Shown here piece after piece: positions 41,071-51,091 of a DNA stretch of 64,000 nucleotides. A model generated the notes under the pieces. That model saw only the letters and a list, made by a program, of their open reading frames with translations. It did no database searches and was not told where the DNA came from. The stretch is from Candidatus Multivorans sp. (lineage in GTDB: Bacteria > Acidobacteriota > Thermoanaerobaculia > Multivoradales > Multivoraceae). Numbering within the stretch: the first letter of the stretch is position 1; every line of letters begins with the position of its first letter. Location: the NCBI GenBank assembly GCA_965224025.1, contig OZ245033.1:4320001-4384000 (forward strand), in the 5' to 3' direction. The position numbers and the translations under genes were made by a program.

Positions 41071-42470
41071 GGCAGCGTCAGCACGCCGCGTTTGCCGCCC
41101 TCCTTGACCTCGAGGGGCGGCGTATAGATCGGCCCCAGCACGTAGTCCTTCACGATCTCGAGCGCCTCGGCGCGCAGCTCCGGCGTGTAGTCGATCAGCT
41201 CGTCCTCGGTGAGGCCGAGGCGCTCGAAGGGCGGTGGTTTGGTCGGCATCGGCTGGGTCGGCGAACTCCACTCGCCCGGGACCGTCGTCTGCGGGACCGG
41301 GCGTTCCTCGATCGGCCACACGGGTTCGCCCGTTTCCCGGTCGAACACGTAGGTGATGCCCTGCTTGCTGACCTGGGCCACCGCCTTGATCTCGCGGCCG
41401 TCCACCGCGATGTCGACCAGATTCGGGGCCGAGCCGAAGTCGTAGTCCCAGAGACCGTGGTGGACGGCCTGGAAGTGCCACTTCCGCTCGCCGGTGCTGG
41501 CATCGAGCGCCACCAGGCTCTCCGCGAACAGGTTGTCGCCGCGACGGTGGCCGCCGTACCAGTCGTTGGTCGGCGTCGACACCGGCAGGTAGACGATGCC
41601 CAGCTCGTCGTCACAGCTCATCATCGTCCACACGTTCGTGTTCCCGGAGTACTGCCAGGACCCGTCGAGCCAGGTGTCGTTGCCGAACTCGCCGGGCTGC
41701 GGGATCGCGTGGAAGATCCAGCGCATCTCGCCGGTGCGCACGTCGTAGCCGCGGACATGGCCGGGCGGCATCTTCGGTCCGCGCGGACCGTCCGAGATGA
41801 TCGAACCGAGCACGATCACGTCGGCGCAGACGATCGGCGGCGCCGAGTGGGTGTACTGGCGCTCGTTGATCTCGCGGCCCAGGCCGAGAGCGGTGTTCAC
41901 CATGCCGCCGTCGCCGAACGCAGGGTCCGGTTCGCCGGTCATCAGGTCGAGCGAGATCAGGCGCCGGTGGTGCGCGGCGTAGATCAGGCGCTCCACAGGT
42001 TCGCCGTCGCTCTCCCCGCGCCAGTACTTGAGTCCCCGGTGCTGAAAGCCGGCGTTCGCCGGGCGGCCGGCGTCGTAGCTCTTCGGGTCGTAGACCCACA
42101 GCGTTTCGCCCGTTGCCGGGTCGAGCGCCGCCAACTGGCTGAGCGAAGTCGTGACGTAGAGCGTGCCGTCGATGTAGAGCGGCGTGCTCTTGTACATGCC
42201 GCCGCTGTACTCCGTGTCGGCCTCGGTCTCGACTGAGGCCCAGCGCCAGACCTCGCGCAAGCGATCGACGTTCGAGGGGTCGATCTGGTCGAGCGGCGAG
42301 TACTTGGTCGACGCGCGGTCGGCGGCGTAGTGCCGCCACTCGCCGATTGCGATCTGGTCGCCCGCGTCGGCGTCGGGCACCCTGCTACAGCCAGCAATCA
42401 ATGGCAGGAGGAGAACGGCCACCGCGGTCGCGCGGGAGCCAGGCAAGGCAAGGGCGCTGTTGGCGATCAT
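41071..42470 (-). pseudogene. PQQ-dependent glucose/quinate dehydrogenase-like gene, 3'-truncated
   Basis: YSPLDQI, TPLYIDG, GHVRGYDVRTG, NVWTMMS, HHGLWDYD; breaks off at GVLTLP before the expected GGANW motif. Confidence 0.85.
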
Positions 42471-42541
42471 CCCGTGAGTCTACGCGTCGATCCTGTACTC
42501 TTGGCAGCCTTCCAGAACAAGGCACACGGGAGACGAGAACG

Positions 42542-43837
42542 ATGGCATGGGACTTCGAAACCGACCCTGAGTTTCAGGACAAGCTGGACTGGATGGACGA
42601 GTTCGCTAGCTCTGAGATCGAACCGTTGCGGTTCGTCCTCGGCAGCCCCTACGACCTCACCTGCCCGAATCGCCGGAAGCTGATCCCGCCGCTCCAGGAG
42701 GAGGTCAAGAAGCGCAAGCTCTGGGCCTGCCATCTGGGCCCCGACCTCGGTGGCCAGGGCTACGGTCAGGTCAAGCTGGCGCTGATGAACGAGATCCTGG
42801 GCCGATCGCCGCACGCGCCGATCGTCTTCGGCTGCCAGGCCCCGGACTCGGGCAACGCGGAGATCCTCGCCCACTACGGCACGGACGCGCAGAAGGCGCG
42901 CTTCCTGCAGCCGCTGCTCGACAACCAGATCGTGTCCGCGTACTCGATGACCGAGCCGCACGGCGGCTCGGATCCAAAGGTGTTCAAGACGAGCGCCGTG
43001 CTCGACGGCGACGAGTGGGTGATCGACGGCGAGAAGTGGTTCTCCTCGAACGCCCGCTACGCCTCCTTCCTGATCGTCATGGTGGTCACCGATCCGCAAG
43101 CCCCGCCCTACAACAAGATGTCGATGTTCCTGGTGCCGAAGGACACGCCAGGCGTCAAGATCGTCCGCAACGTCGGCGTCGGCACGGGAACCGAGGAGGG
43201 TGCCCACGGCTACGTCCGCTACAGGGACGTCCGGGTGCCGAAGGACCACCTGCTAGGCCAGCGCGGCCAGGGCTTCGTCGTCGCTCAGACCCGCCTTGGC
43301 GGCGGCCGCATCCACCACGCAATGCGCACGATCGCCAAGGTCCGCACCGCCTTCGATCAGATGTGCGAGCGCGTGCTTTCGCGCGAGACCCAGGGCGAGT
43401 TGCTGGCGCAGAAGCAACTGGTGCAGGAGAAGATCGCCGACTCCTGGACCCAGATCGAGCAGTTCCGGCTGTTCGTCCTCCAGACCGCCTGGAAGATCGA
43501 CAAGTACAAGGACTACCGGATGGTCCGCAAGGACATCTCGGCGGTCAAGACGGTCATGCCGAAGGTCTACCTGGACGTCTTCTCACGGGCGCTGATGATC
43601 CACGGCTCGCTCGGCGTCTCGAACGAGATGCCCTACTCCGCCGGAGTCATCGACTCGTTCCACATGGCCCTCGCCGACGGCCCCACCGAGGTCCACAAGG
43701 TCACGGTGGCGAGGCAACTCCTGCGCGAGTACGCCGGCACGGACGATCTCTTCCCGACCACCCACCTGCCGAAGCTACGGCAGGCGGCGTACGAGAAGTA
43801 CGCCGGCGTCCTGGAGCAGGAGGTCGCGGCGCTGTAA
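42542..43837 (+). CDS. Acyl-CoA dehydrogenase
   Basis: CQAPDSGNAEIL, SMTEP, GEKWFSS, AQTRLGGGRIHH, ADGPTEVH. Confidence 0.95.
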   Translation: MAWDFETDPEFQDKLDWMDEFASSEIEPLRFVLGSPYDLTCPNRRKLIPPLQEEVKKRKLWACHLGPDLGGQGYGQVKLALMNEILGRSPHAPIVFGCQAPDSGNAEILAHYGTDAQKARFLQPLLDNQIVSAYSMTEPHGGSDPKVFKTSAVLDGDEWVIDGEKWFSSNARYASFLIVMVVTDPQAPPYNKMSMFLVPKDTPGVKIVRNVGVGTGTEEGAHGYVRYRDVRVPKDHLLGQRGQGFVVAQTRLGGGRIHHAMRTIAKVRTAFDQMCERVLSRETQGELLAQKQLVQEKIADSWTQIEQFRLFVLQTAWKIDKYKDYRMVRKDISAVKTVMPKVYLDVFSRALMIHGSLGVSNEMPYSAGVIDSFHMALADGPTEVHKVTVARQLLREYAGTDDLFPTTHLPKLRQAAYEKYAGVLEQEVAAL

Positions 43838-43849
43838 CGGCGCAGCAAG

Positions 43850-43882
43850 CCTGGGAACGCGGGCATCCTGCCCGCATCCGGC
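43850..43882 (-). repeat. REP-like element between convergent genes
   Basis: CCTGGGAACGCGGGCATCCTGCCCGCATCCGGC. Confidence 0.8.
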
Positions 43883-43904
43883 TCCGGGTCCGTGAACGCT
43901 GCCG

Positions 43905-44246
43905 CTACGCGTGCGCGGCGCTGGTGGCGCGCACCCCAAGCCCGGCCACGAGCGCGAACAGCAGCGCGAAGATCAGGTTCGCGATGCCGCTGGTCTCGCC
44001 CATCAGGCCCGTCACCGCGAGCACCAGGAGCGCGACCGCTACCAGGATCGAGAAGACGTTGCCCATCTTCTGGGCATCTTCCTCGCTGCCGCCCATGCAG
44101 CCGATGCGGACCAGGAAGAAGGTCAGCACGGCGAAGAAGGCCAGCAGGTTCCACCAGGAGCCCGCCGCGGCGTCGACCATGGCCTGACTAGCCCACCAAC
44201 CGGCGCCGAGAAGGTACGCGATCGCAAACAGGAAGTTCTTCATCAT
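43905..44246 (-). CDS. Hypothetical four-TM membrane protein
   Basis: MMKNFLFAIAYLL...; four hydrophobic segments. Confidence 0.7.
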   Translation of the reverse strand: MMKNFLFAIAYLLGAGWWASQAMVDAAAGSWWNLLAFFAVLTFFLVRIGCMGGSEEDAQKMGNVFSILVAVALLVLAVTGLMGETSGIANLIFALLFALVAGLGVRATSAAHA

Positions 44247-44330
44247 GGCGAGCCGGAATCTAGCTGACCGGCTCCGGATCGGCAAGCCTGGACGTCTCTT
44301 TCGGCCCCCCGGACCACCTGCTCGCGCCAC

Positions 44331-44346
44331 GGAATGGCGCCATTCC
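44331..44346. promoter_or_regulatory. Perfect 16-bp palindrome, candidate operator
   Basis: GGAATGGCGCCATTCC between divergent genes. Confidence 0.4.
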
Positions 44347-44441
44347 TGACCGGGTCTTCACACCCCGGCGTGGTAATGTTCCTCTTCGCTGCCTCGTCAC
44401 CCCTCCGGGCCCCGGCCCGGTCATCCGACGGAGAAATCGCC

Positions 44442-44954
44442 ATGCTCCTCGACCTTGCCAAGAATCGCCCGTTCCTCATCGTGGCGGCAGCCTTGCTGCT
44501 CGTCCTGTTCGCTGCCTGCGCCGCGGACGAGTCCGCCGACTCCGAGATGGACGACGACCACGATCACGATGCGGAGGCGGCCGACGACGGCGCGCCGCGC
44601 GTCTACTTCGACGGGCTGGAGAACCACGACACGATTCCCAGCCTGGTAGCGCTGAACTTCGCGGCCGAGAACTTCACGATCGAGCCGGTTGGCGACGGCG
44701 CCATCAACGAGGGCGCGGGCCACTACCACATCGCGATCGACGGCGAGTGCCTCGAGCCAGGCATCGTGATCCCGACCGCCGACCCTTGGATCCACTTCGG
44801 CGACGGCGCCAGTTCGATCGAAATCGAACTCCCTCTCGGCGAGCACTACCTCTGTCTGCAGATCGGCGACGGCGAACATCGTACGCTCGACGAGCCGGGC
44901 CTTTCGCAGTACATCATGGTGCACGTCGAAGAGGAGGCGGAAGAAGAGGCCTAG
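44442..44954 (+). CDS. DUF4399-domain lipoprotein
   Basis: LFAA-C lipobox; GHYHIAID, IHFGDG, LPLGEHYLCLQIGDGEH. Confidence 0.82.
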   Translation: MLLDLAKNRPFLIVAAALLLVLFAACAADESADSEMDDDHDHDAEAADDGAPRVYFDGLENHDTIPSLVALNFAAENFTIEPVGDGAINEGAGHYHIAIDGECLEPGIVIPTADPWIHFGDGASSIEIELPLGEHYLCLQIGDGEHRTLDEPGLSQYIMVHVEEEAEEEA

Positions 44955-44969
44955 CCCTAGCGCCGCCAG

Positions 44970-45103
44970 GCCGGCGCTTTACGCCGGATGCGGGCGAGAC
45001 GCCCGCGTTCCCAGGGCGGGCGATGACGCCCCGGTTCCATCTTCGCGCCCGATGACGGGCGCGCGGAGTGGGTCGCGGATGGCCCGGATCGCGCCACCCG
45101 CGT
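44970..45103 (+). repeat. Composite REP/BIME-like element
   Basis: CCGGCGCTTTACGCCGG, GATGCGGGCGAGACGCCCGCGTTCCCAGG, CGCGCCCG..CGGGCGCGCG, and a degenerate last hairpin. Confidence 0.8.
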
Positions 45104-45110
45104 GACCAAG

Positions 45111-47162
45111 TCACTCGAAGAAGAAGGGACTCGTCCAGGCGGCGCCGCCGTCCTTCTGGACCACCCGCAGGTAGAGATAGCCGCCCGGCGTGAACGCCGG
45201 CAGCGCGACGGTCAGGCTGCACTCGCGCTTCCCTTCCGGGCACGGAGCCTCACCCACCGTGGCGCCCGTGCCCGCGGCATCCCGGCGACCGATGACCTCG
45301 ATGCGGTCGATCTCGCCGGGCGCGACGGCACGGACAACGAGAGTGCCTTCGGACACACCGACAATCGGACCGACATCGCCGGCAGCGGCGCCGGCGGCCG
45401 GAATGTCGGCGCCGATAGGCCAGCCGGCGTAGCTCGCGCGAACCACGATCCGGGGACCGTTCGTGGCGTAGGTCCGGCGAGCCAGGAGCGCCTCGTAAAT
45501 CCCTTCCCGGGTCACTTCGTCGCTGAGGATCGCCGCGACGCCGCCGCTCGGCGACGCCAGGTGCGCCAAGCCGGGATGCCCGTCGTGGCCATCGCTCGAA
45601 CCAGCGAATCCCAACCGGTAGCCATGGTCGAGCGCGTCGCGAACATAGTTGCCCTCTAGGGCGCCGCGGATCACTACGCCCGGTGCGTCCGCCGCCTCGC
45701 TCGCGCCGTGAACCGAGACGATCTCGGTGACCGGCTCCAGCCCGGGCGGCGGCGCCGTCGACCAGTCGGTGGCGATGGGGTCGCCGGCCGAATGGTGGGC
45801 GAAGGTCAGCGCGCGGGCGCCTTGGAGCCCGGCCCATAGTTCACGCGCGTCGTCGAAACGCTCGTCGATCGAGCTCAGGAGCAGACTCGAAACCGCCTCG
45901 GCGGTCGGCTCGAAGAAGACAACGTGCCGGTGGCCCCGCACCCAGTTCGTCCACTCGTAGCCGGCCAGCGCCACGAAGCGGCCGGGCTCGTGCCGGCGGT
46001 CGACAGCCTCCAGAGTGTGCCGCCAAACCGCAGGTTCGCGGTCCGCAAAGCGCATGCCCCAGTGGTCGTGGTCGGTGACCGCCGCGGCGTCCAGAGCCGC
46101 GATCTCGCGCGCGTAGCGCAGCAGATCGTCGGGAGTGCCCGAACCGTCCGAGAGACCGGAGTGGTTCTGCAGATCGGCCCACAGGATGCGCCGGCCGGCC
46201 GGCGAGACGACGAGCGGATTGCTCTCGGCCGCGAACGCGGAAGCCGGCGAGCCGCCGTCCGCTGTCCCCCGCACCCGCACTACGGCGCCGAGTTCGGCGG
46301 AGAGACGCAGCCGGACGGCGAGGCGGCCGCGATCCTCTTCTTTCAGAGCTGCCGAAACGACCTGCTCACCACCCAGGGTCTCCACCGAACCGGCCCGCGG
46401 GTCGTCGACGCCGACGCCCACCGGCAGCCACAGTTCCAACGTGCCGGCAAACCGAGGCCACCCGCTGCCGGCCGCGTCGACCAGGGCCGCGATCAGGTCG
46501 ACGGACTCCCCCGGCCGCGCCGTCGAAGGAAGGTGAAGCAGCAGCCGCGCCGGCGGCCCAGGCAGCACGTCGACCGCCGGGGCTTCGTCGATCAGCTCCC
46601 GCACTCCGTCGCCGTCGCCGTCGACGGCAACCCAGAACCGCGAGTCGCGCTCGGCGTAGCGGTCCGCGAGCGCGCCCGCCGGCCCGGCGCCGTATGTGAT
46701 CTCGATCCGCTCCCCCTCGTCCAACGCCCGGCCGCCGACATGGACGGCCAGCAACTGTTGATCGAGTGTCTCGGCCGAGAGATCGACACCTTCGGCGTCC
46801 GTGGCAATCGTCGTGTAGCCCAAGGCCGCTTGGCGCTCGGTCTGCGGAGTGCTCCAGCCCCAGAAGGGAGAAACCTGGAGATACAAGGCACCGCCGGCTG
46901 CAATTCCCATCGGCCCCGCCCGGTAGACGATCCGCCAGCTTCCAGGCCGGCCCGCGACCGCGTGTCCGCCGAGCTCCTCGACGGAGGCGGTGCCGCCGCC
47001 GTCCGACTCGGCGCGCGGTCGCAGGAGATCGGCGCGCAGTTCTTCGACGATGTCGAACCGGGGCGACCGGGCAGGCCAGTCACCGCCCGAGGACTCATTC
47101 GGTGCCGGCCCACACGCCGCAACCGCCAAAACCGGGGGAATGGCGAACCCGAAAGCGCGCAT
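45111..47162 (-). CDS. PHP-type metallohydrolase lipoprotein (DUF3604/CehA-McbA-like)
   Basis: VAA-C lipobox; WADLQNHSGLSDG, TDHD, GYEWT, GHRHV, SSDGHDGHPG, RRTYATNG. Confidence 0.8.
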   Translation of the reverse strand: MRAFGFAIPPVLAVAACGPAPNESSGGDWPARSPRFDIVEELRADLLRPRAESDGGGTASVEELGGHAVAGRPGSWRIVYRAGPMGIAAGGALYLQVSPFWGWSTPQTERQAALGYTTIATDAEGVDLSAETLDQQLLAVHVGGRALDEGERIEITYGAGPAGALADRYAERDSRFWVAVDGDGDGVRELIDEAPAVDVLPGPPARLLLHLPSTARPGESVDLIAALVDAAGSGWPRFAGTLELWLPVGVGVDDPRAGSVETLGGEQVVSAALKEEDRGRLAVRLRLSAELGAVVRVRGTADGGSPASAFAAESNPLVVSPAGRRILWADLQNHSGLSDGSGTPDDLLRYAREIAALDAAAVTDHDHWGMRFADREPAVWRHTLEAVDRRHEPGRFVALAGYEWTNWVRGHRHVVFFEPTAEAVSSLLLSSIDERFDDARELWAGLQGARALTFAHHSAGDPIATDWSTAPPPGLEPVTEIVSVHGASEAADAPGVVIRGALEGNYVRDALDHGYRLGFAGSSDGHDGHPGLAHLASPSGGVAAILSDEVTREGIYEALLARRTYATNGPRIVVRASYAGWPIGADIPAAGAAAGDVGPIVGVSEGTLVVRAVAPGEIDRIEVIGRRDAAGTGATVGEAPCPEGKRECSLTVALPAFTPGGYLYLRVVQKDGGAAWTSPFFFE

Positions 47163-47214
47163 CCGGGAGATCCTCTCACGACCGCGAGAACGGCTGTAAT
47201 CTGACCACCGACCA

Positions 47215-47778
47215 ATGTCGTACAAGATCGCCTTCATCGGCAGCCACGGCGTCGGCAAGACGACCCTCGCCTACGGCCTCGCCGCGCGCCTGAAGCGCCG
47301 CGACATCAACCTCGATGTCGTCGTCGAAGTGGCGCGGCACTGCCCGCTGCCGCTCAACGAGGCAACGACCCTGGAGGCGCAGTCGTGGATCCTGCACTCC
47401 CAGATCGCGGACGAACTCGTGGCGGAAGCCCGCGCGCCGGTCGTCATCTGCGACCGCAGCGTGCTCGACAACTACGTCTACCTGCTGTTCGCCAGGGGGC
47501 GGCAGCCCGCGCTGGAGCCCCTCATCGAGTCCTGGTGCGCGACCTACGACCTCAAGGTCCACGTACCGATTCTGGGCGGCAGCGAGGCACGGCCCGACGG
47601 TGTCCGGGCGACCGATCCGGCCTTCCGGCAGCAGATCGACGACCGGCTCCGGCACGAGCTGGACGACCGCCGGATCGAGGTTCTGGCCCTCGACCCGAAA
47701 GATCGGGATCGCTGGCTCGACAGCGTCGAGGAGGCGGTGTCGAATCAGCTTCGCATTCCCCAACTCGACCTGCTTTGA
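47215..47778 (+). CDS. P-loop NTPase (AAA_28/NadR-like kinase)
   Basis: GSHGVGKTT, EVAR, CDRSVLD. Confidence 0.85.
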   Translation: MSYKIAFIGSHGVGKTTLAYGLAARLKRRDINLDVVVEVARHCPLPLNEATTLEAQSWILHSQIADELVAEARAPVVICDRSVLDNYVYLLFARGRQPALEPLIESWCATYDLKVHVPILGGSEARPDGVRATDPAFRQQIDDRLRHELDDRRIEVLALDPKDRDRWLDSVEEAVSNQLRIPQLDLL

Positions 47779-47905
47779 GCCGACCGCCGCGCGCGTATAC
47801 TCACTGCCCGAAAACGACCGACACCGCTGTACCGACTACGCATCGACGAACGCGACCTCGGCGCCCTGGGCGAACCGCGGGTCCAGGAGCCCAAGAGGAG
47901 TCGCC

Positions 47906-49072
47906 ATGTCCCGTCCCTACCTTCGCACCGAACTCTGCGACATGCTGGAAATCGAGTATCCCGTGTTTTCAGCCGGCATGGGGCCGGTGGCGGGCGGCGA
48001 GGAACCCGTCGCCAAGGCCGAACTGGTGGCTGCCGTTTCCGAGGCCGGCGGCCTGGGCGTGATCGGAGGCGTCGCCTACAGCCCCAAGGACTTGCGGGCC
48101 GAGATCAACAAGATCCGCGCGTTGACGGACAAGCCGTTCGGGGTCGACCTGCTGCTGGCTTCGAACTTCCTGGAGAAGGCGGGCAGCGGACCGACCTCGG
48201 CGACGGTGCCGACCCGCGACCTGGCGCCGGCGGAAACGCGCGACGCGCTCAGGAAGATGGCCGAGAGCCTGGGTATCGAGTGGATCGAGGCGCCGCCCCC
48301 GGCGCCGAGTTGGGCGGTGCCCGAGGGCCAGAGCTACGCCGGCGCCCAGATGGAAGTCCTGCTGGAGGAGAAGGTGCCCGTGTTCGCCTCCGGCCTCGGT
48401 TCTCCGGCGCCCTTCTCGAGGGCGCTCAAGGATGCCGGCATCAAGATCGTCTCCCTGGTCGGCAACGCCCGCGCCGCGCGCCGGGTGGCCGACGGCGGCG
48501 CCGACATCGTCGTCGCCCAGGGCACCGAGGCCGGCGGTCACACCGGCAAGATCGGCACCCTGGCGCTTCTACCCCAGGTCATGGACGCGGTGGCGCCGCT
48601 GCCGGTCGTCGCCGCGGGCGGCGTCGCCGACGGCCGCGGACTGGCGGCGGTCATCGCCGCCGGCGCCATAGGCGGCTGGTGCGGCACCGCCTTCCTGGTC
48701 TCCGACGAGGCGAACCAGCCTGCCCTGCAAAAGCAGCGCATCATCGGAGCGTCCACCGAAGACACGGTCGTGACCAGACTCTACAGCGGCAAGACGATGC
48801 GCAACATCACGAACCCGCTGATCGAGTCCTGGGAGCAGAGCGGCATCCGGGCGCTGCCGATGGGGCTCCAGGGCGTTCTCACGCGCGACCTGCTGCACTC
48901 CATTCGCACCGCCGGCAGGGACGACCTGCTGATGAACGCCGCCGGGCAGACGTCCGGCATGCTGACCAAGACCCGCCCGGCGAGCGAGATTCTCAACGAG
49001 ATGGTCGCGGACGCCTCGCACCTCCTGGGTGCGCGGCTCTCGGAGCGGGTTCAGGTCCAGGTCGCCGTGTAA
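47906..49072 (+). CDS. Nitronate monooxygenase/FabK-family flavoprotein
   Basis: VSEAGGLG, KPFGVD, QGTEAGGHTG, AAGGVADGRG; GAGGAG RBS. Confidence 0.92.
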   Translation: MSRPYLRTELCDMLEIEYPVFSAGMGPVAGGEEPVAKAELVAAVSEAGGLGVIGGVAYSPKDLRAEINKIRALTDKPFGVDLLLASNFLEKAGSGPTSATVPTRDLAPAETRDALRKMAESLGIEWIEAPPPAPSWAVPEGQSYAGAQMEVLLEEKVPVFASGLGSPAPFSRALKDAGIKIVSLVGNARAARRVADGGADIVVAQGTEAGGHTGKIGTLALLPQVMDAVAPLPVVAAGGVADGRGLAAVIAAGAIGGWCGTAFLVSDEANQPALQKQRIIGASTEDTVVTRLYSGKTMRNITNPLIESWEQSGIRALPMGLQGVLTRDLLHSIRTAGRDDLLMNAAGQTSGMLTKTRPASEILNEMVADASHLLGARLSERVQVQVAV

Positions 49073-49089
49073 CCACTGGGTGCGCCGGC

Positions 49090-50181
49090 CTACCATCGCC
49101 GCGCGTCGGGCTCGATCGCCTCGAGGTCGAAGCAGTCGTATCCCCCGGAGTGCCGCCAGAACCGTTCCCGGTAGGGGTACGTCCGTAGCGACGCCTGGTC
49201 GGTGGGCGCGTCGAGGCTGAACGTCGCGCAGAGTTCGTACGCTTTCTCCCCCGTGGCTCGAAAGGCGTAGGGCTCCCGGGTCTCCGGATCGACGATCGAC
49301 ACGATGTTGATGTCGCGCTCGCTGCTGAGCGCTTCCAGACTCGTGGGCAGGGAACCACTCCTCTCCCAGTAGATGTCGACGCCCCGGACGATGTCCCGCA
49401 GGTTCCCCACGCGCGCGACATCGAGTCCACGCTCGCGCGCCTTGCCGGGTGAACCGACGGCGACCAGTCCAAGGACCACGGCGGCGACGACGACGACCAC
49501 GGACGTTCCGGCGAACATCGCAGGCAGCCTGGGCGCCTGGCCGCCTTCGGCCGCCTCGACGTCATCCTGGCGCAGATCCCAGAAGTAGTAGCCGAAGACG
49601 CTGCCCGCTATCGCCGCTACGACCGCCACCTTCAGGAGGAACCGCGCGGCCAGCTCGCCGCCAAGGCCGAAGAAGACGAGCGCGATGAGGTCCCCGGCCA
49701 GAACGCCCGCCGCGACGAACAGAGTCAGGTACGTCAGCCACTTCCTGATCCGCGACGAACGCAGCTCCGGATCGGTTCGCAGCGTGCGCCGCACCAACCG
49801 TTGGATCAGCAGGAACGCCGGGAAGGAGATGACGAGATACGCCAAACCCCAACGCAGCATCTCCGCGGAGGCCGCGGCCGGCGGCGTGAACGCCACGTCC
49901 GCGAAGGCCCGGTTGATCAGCACGAACATCACGTTGCCGAAACTGATCGCCGCCGTGTACAGGGCCACGAACATCACGAAGTAGAGAAACGCCTCGCGTG
50001 CCCCCAGGTACGGCCGCGGCCTCGGGATCGGCGCCACGAAGTCGCGGTCGACCCAAGCCCCGAGCGCCTTGTCGATGTCGGCCTGCCGCCACCCGGCGTC
50101 ACCCAGCGCCGTCTTGATCTCATTCCGGCCGGCACCCCGCGCCAGCGCCTCTCGCACAAACCTCGTCAGTTCCTCGTTCAC
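49090..50181 (-). CDS. DUF5671-domain membrane protein
   Basis: FVREALARG...AGW, PRPRPY, IRKWLTYLTLF, DPET...Y...YELCATF. Confidence 0.8.
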   Translation of the reverse strand: MNEELTRFVREALARGAGRNEIKTALGDAGWRQADIDKALGAWVDRDFVAPIPRPRPYLGAREAFLYFVMFVALYTAAISFGNVMFVLINRAFADVAFTPPAAASAEMLRWGLAYLVISFPAFLLIQRLVRRTLRTDPELRSSRIRKWLTYLTLFVAAGVLAGDLIALVFFGLGGELAARFLLKVAVVAAIAGSVFGYYFWDLRQDDVEAAEGGQAPRLPAMFAGTSVVVVVAAVVLGLVAVGSPGKARERGLDVARVGNLRDIVRGVDIYWERSGSLPTSLEALSSERDINIVSIVDPETREPYAFRATGEKAYELCATFSLDAPTDQASLRTYPYRERFWRHSGGYDCFDLEAIEPDARRW

Positions 50182-50195
50182 GATCGATCCCTCTT

Positions 50196-50238
50196 TGTTG
50201 ACGGCGTCAACATACAGGCACGCTCCACTACTTGTCAA
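50196..50238 (-). promoter_or_regulatory. Sigma70-type promoter with overlapping palindromic operator
   Basis: Minus strand TTGACA-18 nt-TATGTT; TGTTGAC-ggc-GTCAACA at 50196-50212. Confidence 0.65.
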
Positions 50239-50312
50239 CTCCACTACCCCCAGGCGGCTCCGGACGAGCGACTCCCGGGCCGGTGCGTCTCCCCGGCGCT
50301 AGTATGCGCGCC

Positions 50313-51011
50313 ATGATTTCTTCAGCCGTCCTTGACGCCCTCCGCTCTCTCGACACGCCCACGGTCTGCAACGCCCTGGAGGCGGTGGCGCCGAAGCGGC
50401 GCGGTCACGGTTACACCGTGGACCCGCTGGTCTGCGCCCGGCCCGTGCTGCCGCCGATCGTCGGCTTCGCCCGCACCGCTCGTATCCGCGCCCAGCACCC
50501 GAGCACGGCCGACCCCAGGCTGGCCCGCCGCACCTCACTCGGCTACTACGAGCACCTGGCCGGGGGCGAGGGCCCCACGATCACCGTGATCCAGGATCTC
50601 GACGACAAGTCCCGCGGGTACGGCGCCTTCTGGGGCGAGGTCAACTCGAACATCCACCGTGGGCTGGGATGCCTCGGCGCAATCACCGACGGCAGCATCC
50701 GCGACCTCGAAGACGTCGCCGAGGGCTTTCAACTGCTCGCCGGCCGGTCCGGTCCGTCGCACGCCTACGTCCACGTCGTCGACTACGGCGGCCCGGTGAC
50801 CGTCGCCGGCATGGCGGTGCGCGACGGCGACCTGATCCACGCCGACCAGCACGGCGCCGTGGTCATCCCTGCCGATGTCGCGGATCAGGTGGAAGCAGCC
50901 GCCGACCTGATCGCCCGGCGCGAACGGGTGATCATCGACGCCGCCAGGCACGACGACTTCAGCATCGACAAGCTGAAGGCCGCCTGGGGCGAGGCGGCCG
51001 AGATCCACTGA
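50313..51011 (+). CDS. RraA/HMG-aldolase family protein
   Basis: DTPTVCNA, AFWGEV, TDGSIRD, GDLIHADQHG. Confidence 0.9.
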   Translation: MISSAVLDALRSLDTPTVCNALEAVAPKRRGHGYTVDPLVCARPVLPPIVGFARTARIRAQHPSTADPRLARRTSLGYYEHLAGGEGPTITVIQDLDDKSRGYGAFWGEVNSNIHRGLGCLGAITDGSIRDLEDVAEGFQLLAGRSGPSHAYVHVVDYGGPVTVAGMAVRDGDLIHADQHGAVVIPADVADQVEAAADLIARRERVIIDAARHDDFSIDKLKAAWGEAAEIH

Positions 51012-51091
51012 GGAGAACTGAAGCGGGCCGGCGTCCGGGTTTCCACCCGAGGCGGATCCCGGTCAGAGGGCCGGCGGACCAAATAGCCGGG

